From positions 156,426,001-156,490,000 of the forward strand of contig OX597816.1 in assembly GCA_951406725.2 (NCBI GenBank): a stretch of 64,000 nt of DNA. Direction: 5' to 3'. This document shows, one piece after another, positions 45,121-59,394 of this stretch. A program made the position numbers and the translations under genes. The notes below the pieces were generated by a model, which saw only the letters and a list, made by a program, of their open reading frames with translations, was not told the origin of the DNA and did not search any database. The stretch's first letter is position 1, and every line of letters begins with the position of its first letter. The DNA is from Octopus vulgaris. Lineage: Eukaryota.

Positions 45121-45342
45121 ATTCATGGTTCAACGATTCATTATTCAACGAGAGTACAATGCATTGTGAAATGCAGAAAGCAAGATGAGAGAAGTATGAT
45201 ATATTGGTCATTCGTCTTGACATGGTCTTGCGACTAGAATTGAGATGGTCACACACAAGACGATGTGCATCTATTAACGATGTGCAACTATTCTTCACTT
45301 CAAAGTCAGTGCTCTGATGAACGAACACATATATGTATATCA

Positions 45343-45658
45343 TGAAGGTACGTGTACCTAAGTGGTTAGAATATTCAGCTGAAAATCGTAAGGTCGTGAG
45401 TTCGATACCTTGCGACGCAATGCGTCCTTGAGCAAGACACTTTATTTCCCGTTGTTCCAGTCCACTCAACTGGCAAATATGAGTAGCATCAGTATTTCAA
45501 AAGGCCAGCCTAGTCACATTGTGTGTCACACTGAATCTTCTAGAAAACCGCGTTAAGGGTACATGTGTCTGTGGAGTGTTCAGCCATAATTTCATGAGCT
45601 GGTTATCTCGTTGATCGGATCAGCTGGAACCGTCGTCGTCGCAGCCGACTGAGTGTCA
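45343..45658 (+). mobile_element. SINE family S3 variant
   Basis: ctaagtggttaga...ggtcgtgagttcgat...ccttgagcaagacac...cgtcgtcgcagccgactgagtg. Confidence 0.8.
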
Positions 45659-46954
45659 GTATGTGTATATCGGCTTTATCCATGTCTGTATCTACTGGCG
45701 TTGTGTCAATGCCTGGTTTATTTAATTCACTTCTGTTTTTATTTCTCTGTAATTTTGTTCATCTATTTAATCTAGTTTTTATCTTTCATCATTTTGGCTG
45801 CTTTATCTTCCCTTATTGTTTTGTTTCAATACTTTTACTTATTTTGTCACTCACATCTGGGTGTACGTGTTCTCCCTTGTGAGCGTGTGTGTCTACGTAT
45901 GCGTGCGTGTTGGTATCTATTTGTATCAATATATGCGTCTGTGAATGTGTATGTGCGTGTTTACGATGTCTAAAATAGCTCTGAATGCGCGTACGCGAAT
46001 TTTGAGAGAGATATTGCTAGCAATAACCACGTCCACCATTATCTCTCAACAGTTCCTTTTCTACCACCGACCTTTGCATTTCCGTCTCCCGAACCAAGAT
46101 AAGATGAAGGACCACATAGTGATAATGATGATGTGGAGGAGGACGAAGAGAAGAAAAATAAGGCGAGGACGAAGAAAAGAAAAAGATCAAAGAAAGAAGA
46201 GACGGAGGAGGAACCATGAGAGGATCAATCTATGTAATTGTTTCAAATTTTGGCACAAAGCCAGCAATTTGAGGGGGGGTGAGTTAGTTGTCTAATACCT
46301 GACTGGTACATTATTTCATCGATTCCAAAAGGATACAGAGAAAATTTGACGTCGACGGTATTTGAACATGAAGTGTAAAATTCCGCGAAGCATTTTGTCC
46401 GGTGCGCTAAGGATTCTGTTATGCCAACTTGATGCTAAGCAGTCAATTATGCTATGGATGCATTAGCGAAAACCTGTTCGATAATTTGAAATAGATATCA
46501 AAGATGATGATGATGATGATGATGATGACGATGATGATGATGAGGAGGAGGAGGAGGAGGGGAGGAAGGGTAAGGAGGAGGACGATAACGATGACAACGT
46601 TGACAACCACGTTGACGATGACGATGATGTAGTCTCCTTCAGTTTCGATATTATGCATTCTGTCCATCAATTAACAGCGCTGCCTGTTTAGTGACTCCAT
46701 AAGTAAGTAATTGAGTTTCCTTCAAACACCTGCGCTTTTGATGTAATTCTCTGGCATACTCAGCCTGGCGTCAAGTAACAAGGCAACACCTTTGATATTC
46801 AAATAAATAGGCTTCCACACGTTTTCCTTTTATACAATTATATTCAAAAATCTTGAGTGGCTTCCAGATTAATGTAGTAAAAGAGTTCCTAAAATGCCAT
46901 GAATTGGAATAGAACGCAGGACATCGTAATTATAATGTAAATATATCAACAATA

Positions 46955-47182
46955 TCGGGTGCGGGTGGATGCAGATGTCTCAAAATAAAACTGGATCTCT
47001 TCCTGTCAGGTGTCCCAGATGAACCAACTTCACGGCAGGAGGTGCAGATGAGGGCAGCTGCATCGAAATCTCTCATGCACCAAATGGCAATTGCTAAAAT
47101 GCATTCGAGAAGTAAAATCATGTAGCAATACCGAATGGCGGTGCCCCAGCATAGCCACAGCTCGTGAACTGAAACTAGATAG
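46955..47182 (+). mobile_element. CR1/L2-like LINE 3' terminus (second family)
   Basis: Translates KIKLDLFLSGVPDEP..RAAASKSL, then ggcggtgccccagcatagccacagctcgtgaactgaaactagat. Confidence 0.7.
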
Positions 47183-47374
47183 GACATAAAATATAAATAT
47201 ATATATATATACAAATATAAATATATGCTTTCGTACATTAAGGTATAGCATTTTATGAACTATATAAAAAAAAGTCCCAATTGAGCACTGGGTTCATCTA
47301 AATGAATAGCCGCCACCGCCACTTTCCCCAAATTTCAGGCCTTGTGCTTATAGCAGAAACAATTTTTGAACTAT

Positions 47375-47624
47375 AGGCGCAGGTGTGGGTGTGTAGTAGG
47401 AAGTTTGCCTCCCAACCACACGGTTCCGGGTTCAGTCACATTGCGTGGTACCTTGGGCTTGTGTCTTCTACTATAGCATCGGACTGACCAAAGCCTTGTG
47501 AGTAGATTTGGTAGGCGAAAACTGAAAGAAACACGACGCATATATATATATATTTCTTCGACTAAAAGATGGTGCCCCAGCATGGCCATAGTCAAAATAA
47601 CTGAGACAAGTAAAAGAATAAAAG

Positions 47625-47625
<1 letters not shown>
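47375..47625 (+). mobile_element. SINE family S1 (internally deleted)
   Basis: S1 head joined through (TA)n to the ggtgccccagcatggccatagtc...gtaaaagaataaaag tail. Confidence 0.8.
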
Positions 47626-47673
<48 letters not shown>

Positions 47674-47717
47674 GCATGTATGTATGTATGTATAACGAAG
47701 CGTTTGCGCGAGGAGGA

Positions 47718-48508
47718 AGTTAGGCTAGTTGAGATATGTTTACAGCATGTTTCAGCTGCTAAAAGACAAACACACTGAAGTTATCGTGGAGAAAAAGAAT
47801 CTCACTTATGGTAAAAAGAGTTCGTTCAGTGTCGCCATCCATTAGGAATCCCAGACATCGATGTTTCGAGTGTTTTGACTCTTGTCAATGAGATGTACCA
47901 AAGAGAGGCAACTCCGGGCGAAATGCTTAGCGGTAGTTCTGAGTTCTGAGTTCAAATTCTATCGAGGTCGACTTTGCTTTTCATCCTTTCAGGGTCGATA
48001 AATTAAGTACCAGTTACGTACTGGCGTCGATGTAATCGACTTAATCCGTTTGTTTGTCCTTGTTTGTCCCCTCTATGTTTAGCCCCTTGTGGTGCAATAA
48101 AGAAATAAGAAACGGGCGAAATGCTTAGCGACTTTACTTTTCATCTTTCGAGGCCGATAAATTAAGTACCAGTTGCGCACTGGGGTCGATCTAATCGACT
48201 GGCCCCTTCCCCCAAAAATTAGGGCTTTGTCCCTAGAGTAGAAAAGAAAGAGAAGCAACTCCGAACGGATAAAGTCGTAGCTTATATTTTACTCAGTCAA
48301 CGAGTGGAGTGATTTGCGCTCCTGTAATCTCGAAACGTCTCAAGATTTTTTAATGTAATTGTGTAAATGGAAAATGTGTGGAAGCCCATTTATTTGTACA
48401 TCACACATTTTTACCATAAGAGAGATTCTTTTTCTCCACAGTAACTGCAGAGTAGTTGCCTTTTAGCAATTGAAATATGTGACAAACATATTTCAACTAG
48501 CCTAAATT
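47718..48508. mobile_element. Element with ~105 bp inverted repeats and an internal decayed HHR, interrupted by a SINE
   Basis: ttaggctagttgagatatgttt...gtggagaaaaagaatctcacttatggtaaaaa versus tttttaccataagagagattctttttctccac...aaacatatttcaactagcctaa. Confidence 0.75.
47917..48246 (+). mobile_element. 5'-truncated SINE S2 dimer with 17-bp TSD
   Basis: TSD aaagagaggcaactccg (47900-47916) and aaagagaagcaactccg (48247-48263), one mismatch. Confidence 0.85.
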
Positions 48509-48514
48509 CTGCTC

Positions 48515-48549
<35 letters not shown>

Positions 48550-48598
48550 TGTATGTATGTATGTATGTATGTATGTATGCGTGTGTATGTGTGTGTGT

Positions 48599-48680
<82 letters not shown>

Positions 48681-49444
48681 GTGTCTGTTTGTTACCCACC
48701 ATCGCTTGTCAACTAATGTTGGTGTGCTTACGTTCCTGTAACCTAGCGGTTCGGCAAAAGGGACTGACGGCATAAGTACTAGGCTTACAAAGAATAAGTC
48801 CCGGCGTAGATTGCTTCGATTAAAAGCCCTTTAAGGTGGTGCTCCAGCATGGCTGCAGTCGAATGACAGAAACAAGTAAAACAAAAAAAAAATACATGTT
48901 TTGAAATTGGTGTAAGTTATAATTCAATGTACCTCATCAATAGAAAATATTAATTTATTTTATCACCATGGGACAGAAAAAGAGGAGTGTATTGTTTTGC
49001 TTTCCATCCTAGTTAGATCAACGTGGTATCCACGCTTATCAACGACTTGAGATATAACTTAAAGCTACTTATTATCTCTGCATATCACTCCTTCACTAAA
49101 TCAGCAGATTTGTTAAAATAACGCTTTCACTGGCCACGTAGTCAAATATGAAATTGTTGATGCAGCATATGTCTAATACTTTAGCAGCTGTTGCTGCTGC
49201 TTTTATTATTATTGTCACTGTCAACGTAATCGTTGCTATTGTTAATTAAAACTAGGTTGGCCTGAATCAAGCACAACTACAATCAAACTGGTTTTATTAT
49301 TATTATCCTAAATATCAATGGTTGCGTAAAACTACATTACCCGATGTTTCCGTCCTATTTTAAGACTGTAAAGTGTAATTTGGAGGAGATCTGTTTTATT
49401 TGGTTTTTAAATTCTTTTTTCAGTGATCAAACGATCATGTATAT

Positions 49445-49760
49445 CAGTGGTTCGCAACCAATTCTTTACTAGTGAGACCCTCTGATTTCTATTTTACTCA
49501 ACTGACCCCCACCACACCCATGTATACTTTAAAAGATCTTATCGTTTTGCTTTTATAATTAAATATTATTAGGAACTGTATAAAAATTATTAAAATATTT
49601 TTGTGCCTTGTAGACATATAACCAATTCATTACACATAAACCTTAACCTCAAAATCTTATACGGACTCCTAAGCGTCATATGGACCACTAAAGGTCATAT
49701 GGACCACTAAAGGTCATATGGACCTCTAAAGGTTATATGGACCCCGGTTGTGAACCACTG
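49445..49760. mobile_element. hAT-type MITE with subterminal 19-bp tandem repeats
   Basis: TIRs CAGTGGTTCGCAACC / GGTTGTGAACCACTG (14/15). About four copies of aaggtcatatggaccacta at 49670-49745. Confidence 0.85.
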
Positions 49761-50167
49761 ACATAGAACCTCTTTCATTAGCTCATGTTATTATTGTTAT
49801 AAAGTATACCAAAGTGTTACATAAGACATAAGACATAGTATACGATGACTTGAAACACTTCAATTTATTAAGATTTTTCCAGCAATAGAAAAAGACCTCA
49901 ATTTAGAGATATGGTGTTTAGGTTCTAAAAGCAACGAGCAAGAAAGATGAAGATAATTCTTATACAATCTATTGATTCTTTTCCTCTTTCAAATCATCGG
50001 ACAGTGGTCATAATGGAGCACCGCATTCTAGAGTTTGGTCCATCAATTCGACTGCAGTACTGATGTTTAATGTTTAATACGTAGTCAATCATCCTATTTT
50101 TACCGAGACACTAAGTTACAGGAATAGAAACGCACTAGTTTTGATGTAATTTCTATTGCTTAAAATA

Positions 50168-50597
50168 AGGCGGTGAGCTGGCAGAAACGTTAGCACGCCG
50201 GGCGAAATGCGTAGCCGTATTTCGTCTGCCGTTACGTTCTGAATTCAAATTCCGCCGAGGTCGACTTTACCTTTCATCCTTTCAGGGTCGATAAATTAAG
50301 TACCAGTTACGCACTGGGGCCGATGTAATCGACTTAATCCCCTTTGTCTGTCCTTGTTTGTCCCCTTCTGTGTCTAGCCCCCTTGTGGGAAATAAAGAAA
50401 AAAGAAATGTTAGCACGCCTGGCCAAATGCTGAGCAGTATTTTGTCTTTTTACGTTCTGAGCTCAAATTCCACGGAGGTCGACTTTGCCTTTCATCCTTT
50501 CGGAGTCGATAAATTAAGTACCAGTTGCCTACTGGTGTACATCTAATCGACTATCCCCCTCCTTCAAAACTTTCGGGCCTTGAGCATAGAACAAAAA
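50168..50597 (+). mobile_element. SINE family S2 dimer
   Basis: Intact head aggcggtgagctggcagaaacgttagcacgccgggcgaaatgcgtagcc and a duplicated core. Confidence 0.9.
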
Positions 50598-51244
50598 AGA
50601 ATTTCTTCTGTTTAATAACAAATCAATTCTGTTTGTGTAGACGTGTTATTAAAATGGTGGCAAGCGTCATTATAAAATCATTTTTAATTTTTCCACTTTC
50701 AGTACTGCAAGAACCATATTTATCCACTACGGTTTCATTTTCTAATATAGAACTTTGAATCTGATGGGAAAGTAGTTGCTCTTTCTAGTTTGTCAAACAA
50801 TCATGTAAAATCTCGCTCACTGACCCGTGTCTGTTGCTATTTGCGGTTGCTCCTCCTTCTTTTGCTCTAACGCTCTCTATTGTATTCCATTTTCCACTGC
50901 AACGGTTGGTTTATCATGACCCTGACAGGTTATAGTGCTTTGTTTGTCAGAAGAAGAGAGATGAGAAAGAAGACGAGTGGAGAAGCATTGTCAATGATAA
51001 TTGCTAGATTATCAACTAGATTGTTCACATACACATGTCTGCTATAGAACCTAAACGTCTGCAGGTTAATTTCATTAGCAAACAACGTGAGCAGAGAGGA
51101 ACTAAGCATATATTGGAAATATTCCATATTCATTTTATATGGTATACTTCAAATCCATTCTTCCCGCTTGTGTTATTTGCAGTGGCAACCATAAAAACAT
51201 ATCCCTATGTGTTACGTCGTCTGGATACTCCGCGATTAAATATA

Positions 51245-51553
51245 GCGCCTGGCTCATAATCAAGAGGTAGTGAGTTCGATTCCTGGAACGGGAATTATGT
51301 GTTGTGTTCTTGAGCAAGACACTTTATTCCACATTGCTCCAATCCACTTGGCTGTAGAAATTAGTTGAGACGTCACTGGTGTCAAGCTGTATCGGTCTTT
51401 TCCGTTCTCTTGGATAACAACGATGGCGTGGAGAGGGCAGTCTAGTATGCATGGATGACTGTCGGTGTTCCATAAACAACCTTTCTCGGATGTGTGCCCC
51501 GGTAGGGAACTTTCTAGGTGTAGTCCCATGGGCTTCATGACCGAAGGAGGACC
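51245..51553 (+). mobile_element. tRNA-derived SINE (distinct tail)
   Basis: B-box gagttcgattcc, then tcttgagcaagacactttat. Ends before (TATG)n. Confidence 0.7.
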
Positions 51554-52289
51554 TATGCAAGTATGTATGTAAGTACGTACGTACGTACGTACGTAAGTAC
51601 GTATGTATGTATGTATGTATGTATGTATGTATGTATGTATGTATGTATGTATGTATGTATGTATGTATGTATGTATGTATGTATGTATATACGTGTGTGT
51701 GTGTGTATGTCATTATACAGTTTTATTTTAAGATTTCTTACCAATGGAGAAAGAGCCGATTTCTATCCATGATCCAAGGCTCCTTCATTGGAATTTCAAT
51801 ATCAAGAGGATATTTTTGTATGTATATATATACGTGCAGATTGTATGCTTTGTCTTATGTATGTATTTTCATGGACATCTAGAAGCATATCTAAACATGC
51901 TCATATATTCTTAAATGATAAACTTCGGGGCAAGTTTTTACAGTTCCAGTGATATATATAAGTATGTATGTATGTATGTATGTATGTATGTATGCATGTA
52001 TGTATGCATGTATGTACGTACGTATGTATGTATGTATGTAGTTTTTCTTCATATTTACTTGCATTATTTCTAAAATGAGAAGTCTGGATTCTAACCAAGA
52101 AGTAAAAATTCTATCAATGGAGTTTAGATGTCAACCAGGATGATTGTTACAAATCGAGCTTTAAAAACCAGTCTTGCCTATTTCCTCCGTTCAACTAAAA
52201 GATTGCATTTGTAAAGTTCATGTTGGTCGGTCTACTTCTCTGCTAGAAAGTCCCACCTTCTCCAGTTTGCATCATAGGCATTAACCAAC

Positions 52290-52782
52290 ATAACTGAGTG
52301 CACCAATAGATATAGGCGCGAATGTCTAATTTTAGTCAAGGTAGATTAGTTGCAGGTTTCGAAACCGTTGTCCATAGATATTCCATTTCCCGCTGATTTT
52401 GGAAGAGCTGTGCACATATCCAAGGCAATTAAACTCTATGACTCTACATGACTTTTCTTTTCTATCTCAAATAACCATAGCAGGTTTGTTATGTTTGCAC
52501 TTTTGGTAGTAACATTCTACCAATATTTTTTGTGCTGATATGTATATGTGTTGTTTCTATTTATCAACAGGTAGACTATTTCGTGCGTCACTTTGTACAT
52601 TGTTTTAGAAACAACTTCTGTTGCAGCAGACGATAGTAACTCTATGATATTTCTGAACAGCTGCTGATTACATGTATTATGTACCCCACTAGTTGACACT
52701 TGTCGAATCTTGTGAATATAAGGGCTTTGTTGACCCGTTTCTCCGTGAGATATATTCTTATCATCTCCTGCTCTTGGTTTGC
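52290..52782 (-). mobile_element. Decayed R4/Dong-like LINE fragment (zinc-knuckle/RLE region)
   Basis: Minus frames give QEQEM, HVISSCSEIS, KKYW and KCKHNKPAMVI*DRKEKSCRVIEFNC, homologous to the motif at 33178. Confidence 0.65.
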
Positions 52783-53107
52783 GAAGGCGCGTGGCTAAGT
52801 GGTTAAGGTATTCGGCTCAAGATCGTAAGGTCGTCAGTTCGACTCCCAACAAACCGTTGTGTCCTCGAGCAAGACACATTGTTTCTCGTTGCTTCAGTCC
52901 ACTCAACTGGCAAAAATAGCTGCGCTTGTAATTCAAAGGGCCAGACTTTTCATATCGTGTGTCACGCTGAAACTCCCTCAGATCTACGTTAAGGTTACGC
53001 GCGTCTATGGAGTGAGCAGCCACATGCACGTTCACGTTAATTTCACGAGCAGGTATTCTGTTGATCGGATCAACTGGAACCTTCGTCGTCTTACCCGACG
53101 GAGCGCT
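52783..53107 (+). mobile_element. SINE family S3 variant
   Basis: gaaggcgcgtggctaagtggttaaggtattcggctcaagatcgtaaggtcgtcagttcgactccc...ccgacggagcgc. Confidence 0.85.
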
Positions 53108-53264
53108 AGTTTACATGTCTGATGATTGCTAAAGTATAGCTTTCGGGATGTGGTGTGAAGTAGTGGTCCCGAGCGTAAGAGACGCTACATTTCATGTTGA
53201 TATTTTCACTTTTTCTAGTTTACAGAAACATAATCATTCTTTTATTAATTTATATGTTTCTGTC

Positions 53265-53552
53265 AGGACTTATTCTTGTAAGCCTAGTACTTATTCTATC
53301 GGTAACTTTTGCCGAACCGCTAAGTTACGGAGACGTAAACACACCAGCATCGGTTGTCAAGCGATGTTGGGGAGACAAACACAGAAACACAAATACACAC
53401 ATACACACACATATATATACATATAACTTGCATCTACCAAATTCACTCAGAAGGCTTTGGTCCACTCGAGACAATAGTAGAAGATACTTGCCCAAGGTGT
53501 CACGCATATGGCTGGTAAGCAAGCTACTAACCACACAGCCATTCTTGCGTCT
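53265..53552 (-). mobile_element. SINE family S1
   Basis: caggacttattcttgtaagcctagtacttattctatcgg...accacacagcca. Confidence 0.8.
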
Positions 53553-53791
53553 ATGCATAACATTTTGTAATATACACAATGTTCCTCTTCCAGATATTTG
53601 CACTCTGCACTTCTGGGTGCGTAAAAGACGTCATCAGGTAATAAATGTACCCTGAGTTGTTCACTGGCGACCTGCAGGATAATTTTTTTTTCATTTCATA
53701 TATTCAGTAATTGGTAGATGCATTTATGTGTACTGCTATTGTTTAGCAAGTGCTGACTGAGCGATATTATACGACAGATAATCAGCCGGAC

Positions 53792-53893
<102 letters not shown>

Positions 53894-54799
53894 GGAAAAG
53901 AGGGAGAGAGAGAGGAAAAGAAAGAGAGAGAGAGAGGAAGGGAGAGAGATGGGGAAGGGAGAGAGAGAGAGAGGGGGAGAGAGAGAGAGTGTTTGAGAGA
54001 AAGAGAGATCATTGCAGTAACTGCATTTTCTTTGCTTTTAATTATCCACTATGAACAGATCGTTTGGTTAAAATTCCAACCCATCATCAACAGAAAATAT
54101 TGTTAGTAACTCCAGTCGTTTCACAGCGCTGTAAATATTTCGTGTATGAATTTTTAGATGGTTCGAAAATAAATTAATAATTACATTGCTCTTTCTTGTT
54201 GTTGTACACGCTAAGCACGCATTTTAATGGATCTCTCACACAGAAATGATAGTGGATTTAGTGCCGAGCTAAAATAAACAGAAGCGCAGGGTCTATCTCT
54301 TTGTAATATTCCTTTTGAAATATTTATAATACCAGAGACAACCGTCCTGCTTTGAGATACGAATCAAGAGGAATGTAGACCAGGTCTTTGTAAAACGTTC
54401 AATACCAGCAACTAAGGCAGCAGGTACTATTGCCAGTTGTATTGACTATGATGACCGTGACAAGCTATACAAAGGAACGCTCATCTTTAATGAGGCCATA
54501 TTGTCACAAAATATCTATGGTGTTTTCGTATTTCTAACAGCAATCATATGATATTTGGCATTATATACATACATGTATATATGCATCTACGTATGTACGT
54601 ATTTACGTATGTACGTATGTATGTATGTATGTCTCCATGCATGTATGTATGTATGTATGTATGTATGTATGTATGTATGTGTGTGTGTATGTATGTATGT
54701 ATGTATGTATGTATATGTGCTTGAATGTATGAATGTGTATGTCTATTTAAATATATATGCTCATATGCATATGCTTGTTTATATAACTGCATTCATATA

Positions 54800-54946
54800 T
54801 AGGTGCAGAAGTGGATGTTTGGTAAGTAGCTTGCTTCCAACCACATGGTTCCGGGTTCACCTTGGGCGAGTGTCTTCTACTAAAGCCTCGGGCCGACCAA
54901 ATCCTTGTGAGGAGATTTGGTAGACGGAAACTGAAAGGAGCTTGTC

Positions 54947-55005
<59 letters not shown>

Positions 55006-55011
55006 CGTATG

Positions 55012-55043
<32 letters not shown>

Positions 55044-55281
55044 TGTATGTATGTATGTATGTATGTATGTGTATGTGTGTGTGTATATGTTTGTGTGTTT
55101 TTCCCCCCAACATCGCTTGACAACCAATCCTGATGTGTTTATGTCCCCGTAACTTAGCGGTTCGGCAAAAGAGACCGATAGAATAAGTACTAGGCTTACA
55201 AAAAATAAGTCCTGGGGTCCATTTGCTCGACTAAAGGCTGTGCTCAATCATGGCCACTGTCAAATGACTGAAACAAGTAAA

Positions 55282-55284
<3 letters not shown>
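54800..55284 (+). mobile_element. SINE family S1, full length with expanded internal microsatellite
   Basis: Head, body and gactgaaacaagtaaaag tail are all present. Confidence 0.88.
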
Positions 55285-55360
<76 letters not shown>

Positions 55361-58300
55361 TTACGGTTTTGCTAGAACAAACAAGAGGAATAGGACACAA
55401 TTCATGAACACACATATCCATACATATACATAATTACATATATACACACGCAGTCATACGCCCTCACACGCACGCACGCAGACACATACATATGCACGGT
55501 ACTCCTTGAATCAGAAGTCCTGAAATAAGTTTAAATCTTTGAAGTCCGTAGCTTTGATAATAAAGTATGGAAGAGTGTAAATTCGTTTCTCTGGTTTCGA
55601 TCAGCGAAGAAAATAGTTGGGAGCCTTCCGGAGGGCGGTTTCGAGATTTATGAAACCCTCTCCAATCTTCTCCCTTAATCATAAAGTGTGTCAGCTAAAT
55701 CATGTAGTCAGAAATTATGCTATTGCCGTGGTGTATAGCTTACCTTACATATTTGTGTCTTAAACAGATAGTAATTAATTATCTTCTCTGGTGAAGCGCA
55801 CCGTTAGTTTAACTACCTCCGCATCCCAAAGATGCCATCCCCACCCTTTTTCTTTAGGTGCAGAGGGTTTCCATTGCTGCTGAAATACACAAGGCTTAAA
55901 TGAGACCCATGATGGAATATCGCCCCAGATCAGATACGGTGCTGCTGTTACGCACACTGATATCCTAGTCTCCGTCCATAGAAGGGTTGCTTAATTGTTT
56001 GGCTCTCTAACATTATCGAACACACTACAGCCTCCGGCCAAAAGGCTTGCTTTCTCAATTCTCTTTATTTTCTATCGCTTCTTTAATGATCTTTGCTTGT
56101 CCATATAATATAGTTATACAGAAAATTTCTAAATAGCTTTCGGTAATTGTAAGAAATAAATAATAAAATATCAAGTCACTTCTTTTGGTGATTTCTTGTG
56201 GAAACAATCATAATATATTAAGCTTCATCTTTTTCTTTTCTTCTTTTTCTGTTAGATAGTCTCGAAATCTGAAATGAATCAATGTTTCTGCAGTGATGAG
56301 AGAAACAACGTTGTTGGTTCTCTTTCAAAACAATAACCAATGACATTGTTACCTGGGAAGTATAAGAATAAAACTGACGTCATTTGTAAGACCATTAATA
56401 AAGTGTTGCAACATTTAAGAAGCAGACGGAACCAAATATGGAAAACAAGCATCAACACAGCAGTGACAAACTGCTTACTCTGTGTATTCAGAATAAATTG
56501 CATGTTTCATTCCATTATGATGACTTCATTTGTTTTTGTTCTACAATCGAAGCTGTTTCTAATATTATAACGTAATGAAATATGACCAATGATAGCAAAA
56601 TGTAAAATATAAATTAGAATGAAGGAATAAACAAAAGAGGAAGTTTTACTTTCGGATTATACTGCAAGTAAATAGATTTGAGGGGCCAGGAAAGAATCGA
56701 CACCTTTCAGATAGAAGAAAAAATATCAGGCAGTTCAGATGTTCAACCTAGTTCCGCATTCATGAAGGGTCCATTACATTTCCTTCACTTATAATTGCAG
56801 CAGTAAACAATTCTAGTTTTTCATCTCTTTTATTTTTTTGTAGGAAATTATCCTCACCGGATTAGCAGCACATTCCAACGTCTTTGGAACCTCTCTTGGT
56901 TTTTGAGATACAACTGTTTCCATCGATAGCCGACATATATTCCAGTCAGTAGACTCCCAAATCTCTATGAAATTTTCCTCTTCTCCATCACTTTCACATA
57001 TAATTCAGCATGTTTCCTCTCTCACCGTCCGTGATTCCTTCATCTCTGCAGCTGTTGTATCTACTTCGAAATTAAATCTTAATATGCACCATCTTTTTGT
57101 TGCTCGAGGTACTTCCAACGTGACAAAAATTCGAACTTCCACTGAGCTCATATTTATTAACCTCACCACTACATTTCTCTTGCACCCTCATCTACCGCAT
57201 TCCTTTCCCATTCATCTATTACCTCTTTGCGTGACCGCTCTGCTATACCATTCTCGAAAACTTTTATCTACGACAGTCTAACTTCGCCACTTTTTCCATA
57301 TTCTCTGAAGCTCCACTTTTCCCTGTGAATCTATAAAATCTTACATGACTTTTATCGAAAATTGTCTAACCGTATTCACACCTAACGTGGATTCCTTTTC
57401 TGCTGCTGCAACCTATGCAACACGTTCTTTAATTTCCTGTACTTCACTTCTATGTCTCCAGGTCCATTACCCAAGTCCTCAAACACTTCAATGATAATAC
57501 TGTAAATTTCATCCACTGCATGTTTATTCCTTACATATAGGGAAGGACGGTTGATGCCTTAGTAATAATTTTTATGAACGTCCACTGAAGATCTTCAAAT
57601 ACGTTAGTATTGTAATAAAACACTGAATCGCCATTTCAGTTCTATTAGCGTCATAGTCACTGTCTACATCATTTGCCGATTCCTAGTTTTTCGAGTCCTT
57701 GCGGCATGAACACGCCTCCAATTACTTATGCAAACACCAACCTTCGGTGCCATTCTTAGAATCAAACTCGTTTCTTTCTCGATTCGTTCTATATTTGGGG
57801 ACCTGCCGCTATTTAACTCACATTGCCTACCTGGACCGAGCACTTTTCCAGTCTCTCATACTTTCCTCAATCCCTCATCCTTTTACCCTCACTACTTACG
57901 TCTTTGATTGTCATATGAATGTTTGGTTGCTATTTCTAGAAGATTAAGCAACCTCTTATATCCTTCCTCATTGGATTACATCCATTTCTAAGGGATCTCG
58001 AGGCCCTCATCAGCCACGATGAAATACAACTTCACTCAAACAAGATCCGGTCATAACCATCTCGCCTCTCAGAAGACGGTACAAAGTTATTTAACACAGA
58101 TTTGGCTGCTATTTCTAGGATATAGAATAAATAGGTAGGGTTTGGTTTGATTGCCTCTGTTTGCTTATAAACCGTTTCATGTTTAGAATGTTATTGTTGC
58201 AGCATTTGAATGCTTTTAATTACCATTGCTTTACCCTAATTGTAGGAAATATAATTCTATAAAAATACATAATCGTATGCATAATTATATATGAATACAT

Positions 58301-59394
58301 AATTGGACTCGCTCTAAATATTTTTGCCAAAACTGGATTACAATGTCAATATAGTTGGCTGCTGATTAGCATGATAACAATTAAAACAACATATGGCTGA
58401 CTCAATAAAAAGCTTAGAGACAATCGATATGCTAGAAATAACAGCCAAACTTTCTTCATGTCTAAACCTTTGTTTCTTAAAAAAAAAAAGATTCGTTAGG
58501 CAATCTAGCCCTAGTCCGAAACTACATTAAAATGTCAACGTTGTGGGCACGTCTGGAACAAGTTTGTAAATAACTTACAGGCATGACTGTGCGATTAACA
58601 TGTTTTCTTTGCAACCACAAGGTTCAGTTCCACTGGGCAGCGTGCTAGGTAAGTGCCTTCAACTATAGCCCTTGTGAGTTACTTTGGTAGATGGAAGCCT
58701 GCCTCCGTGTGTGTGTGTGTGTGTTATTGTTCCGTTTTCTTTCAAGATTTCTTGCCAATAGAGAAGGAGCCATTTTCTTACAAAGATCCAAGGCTCCTTC
58801 ATTAGAATTTAAACATCATCAACAGGGTATTTGTGTATGATTGTGTATATGTGTGCAGTATTTGGAGTCGGGGAATATTCAGATTTGTGTGTTTCGTTTT
58901 ACGTGTGTATTCTCATGCATATAACTAGACATGCACGTACATTCTTGAACATTAAACTTCTGGAAAATTTTGAAATTTTTTACAGTTCCATTATGGGCTC
59001 TAGGTATGCTATGTATGTATGTATGTATGTATGTATGTATGTATGTATGTATGTATGTATGTATGTATGTATGTATGTATGCCGTTATTGAGTTGTATTT
59101 CAATGTTTCTTGCCTATAGAGAAAGAACAGGTTTCTGACATGCTAGAAACATGCTACAAAGAACATGCTAGAAACAACAGCTAGATCTTCATCAAATTAC
59201 ATGATACGACGTTTTAGGAAAAAAACAATGTAATTTGGATGATTTACATCAATATACATTGTGACTGAATATAAGACGGAATAGTCGAATTTGAATTAAT
59301 TTTGGCCACAATACTGATGATCGTGTTGCCTGTTAATTGCAGATAACATCTCCTGAAATAACTAGACACCATCTGTTAATTAACTGACATCATG

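Noticed and set aside
49670-49745. CRISPR-like array
   Set aside because: The 19-bp units are contiguous with no spacers and lie inside a hAT MITE in eukaryotic DNA.
56880-57650. Possible LINE ORF1 or gag remnant on the minus strand
   Set aside because: Purine skew is suggestive, but no motif could be confidently read.
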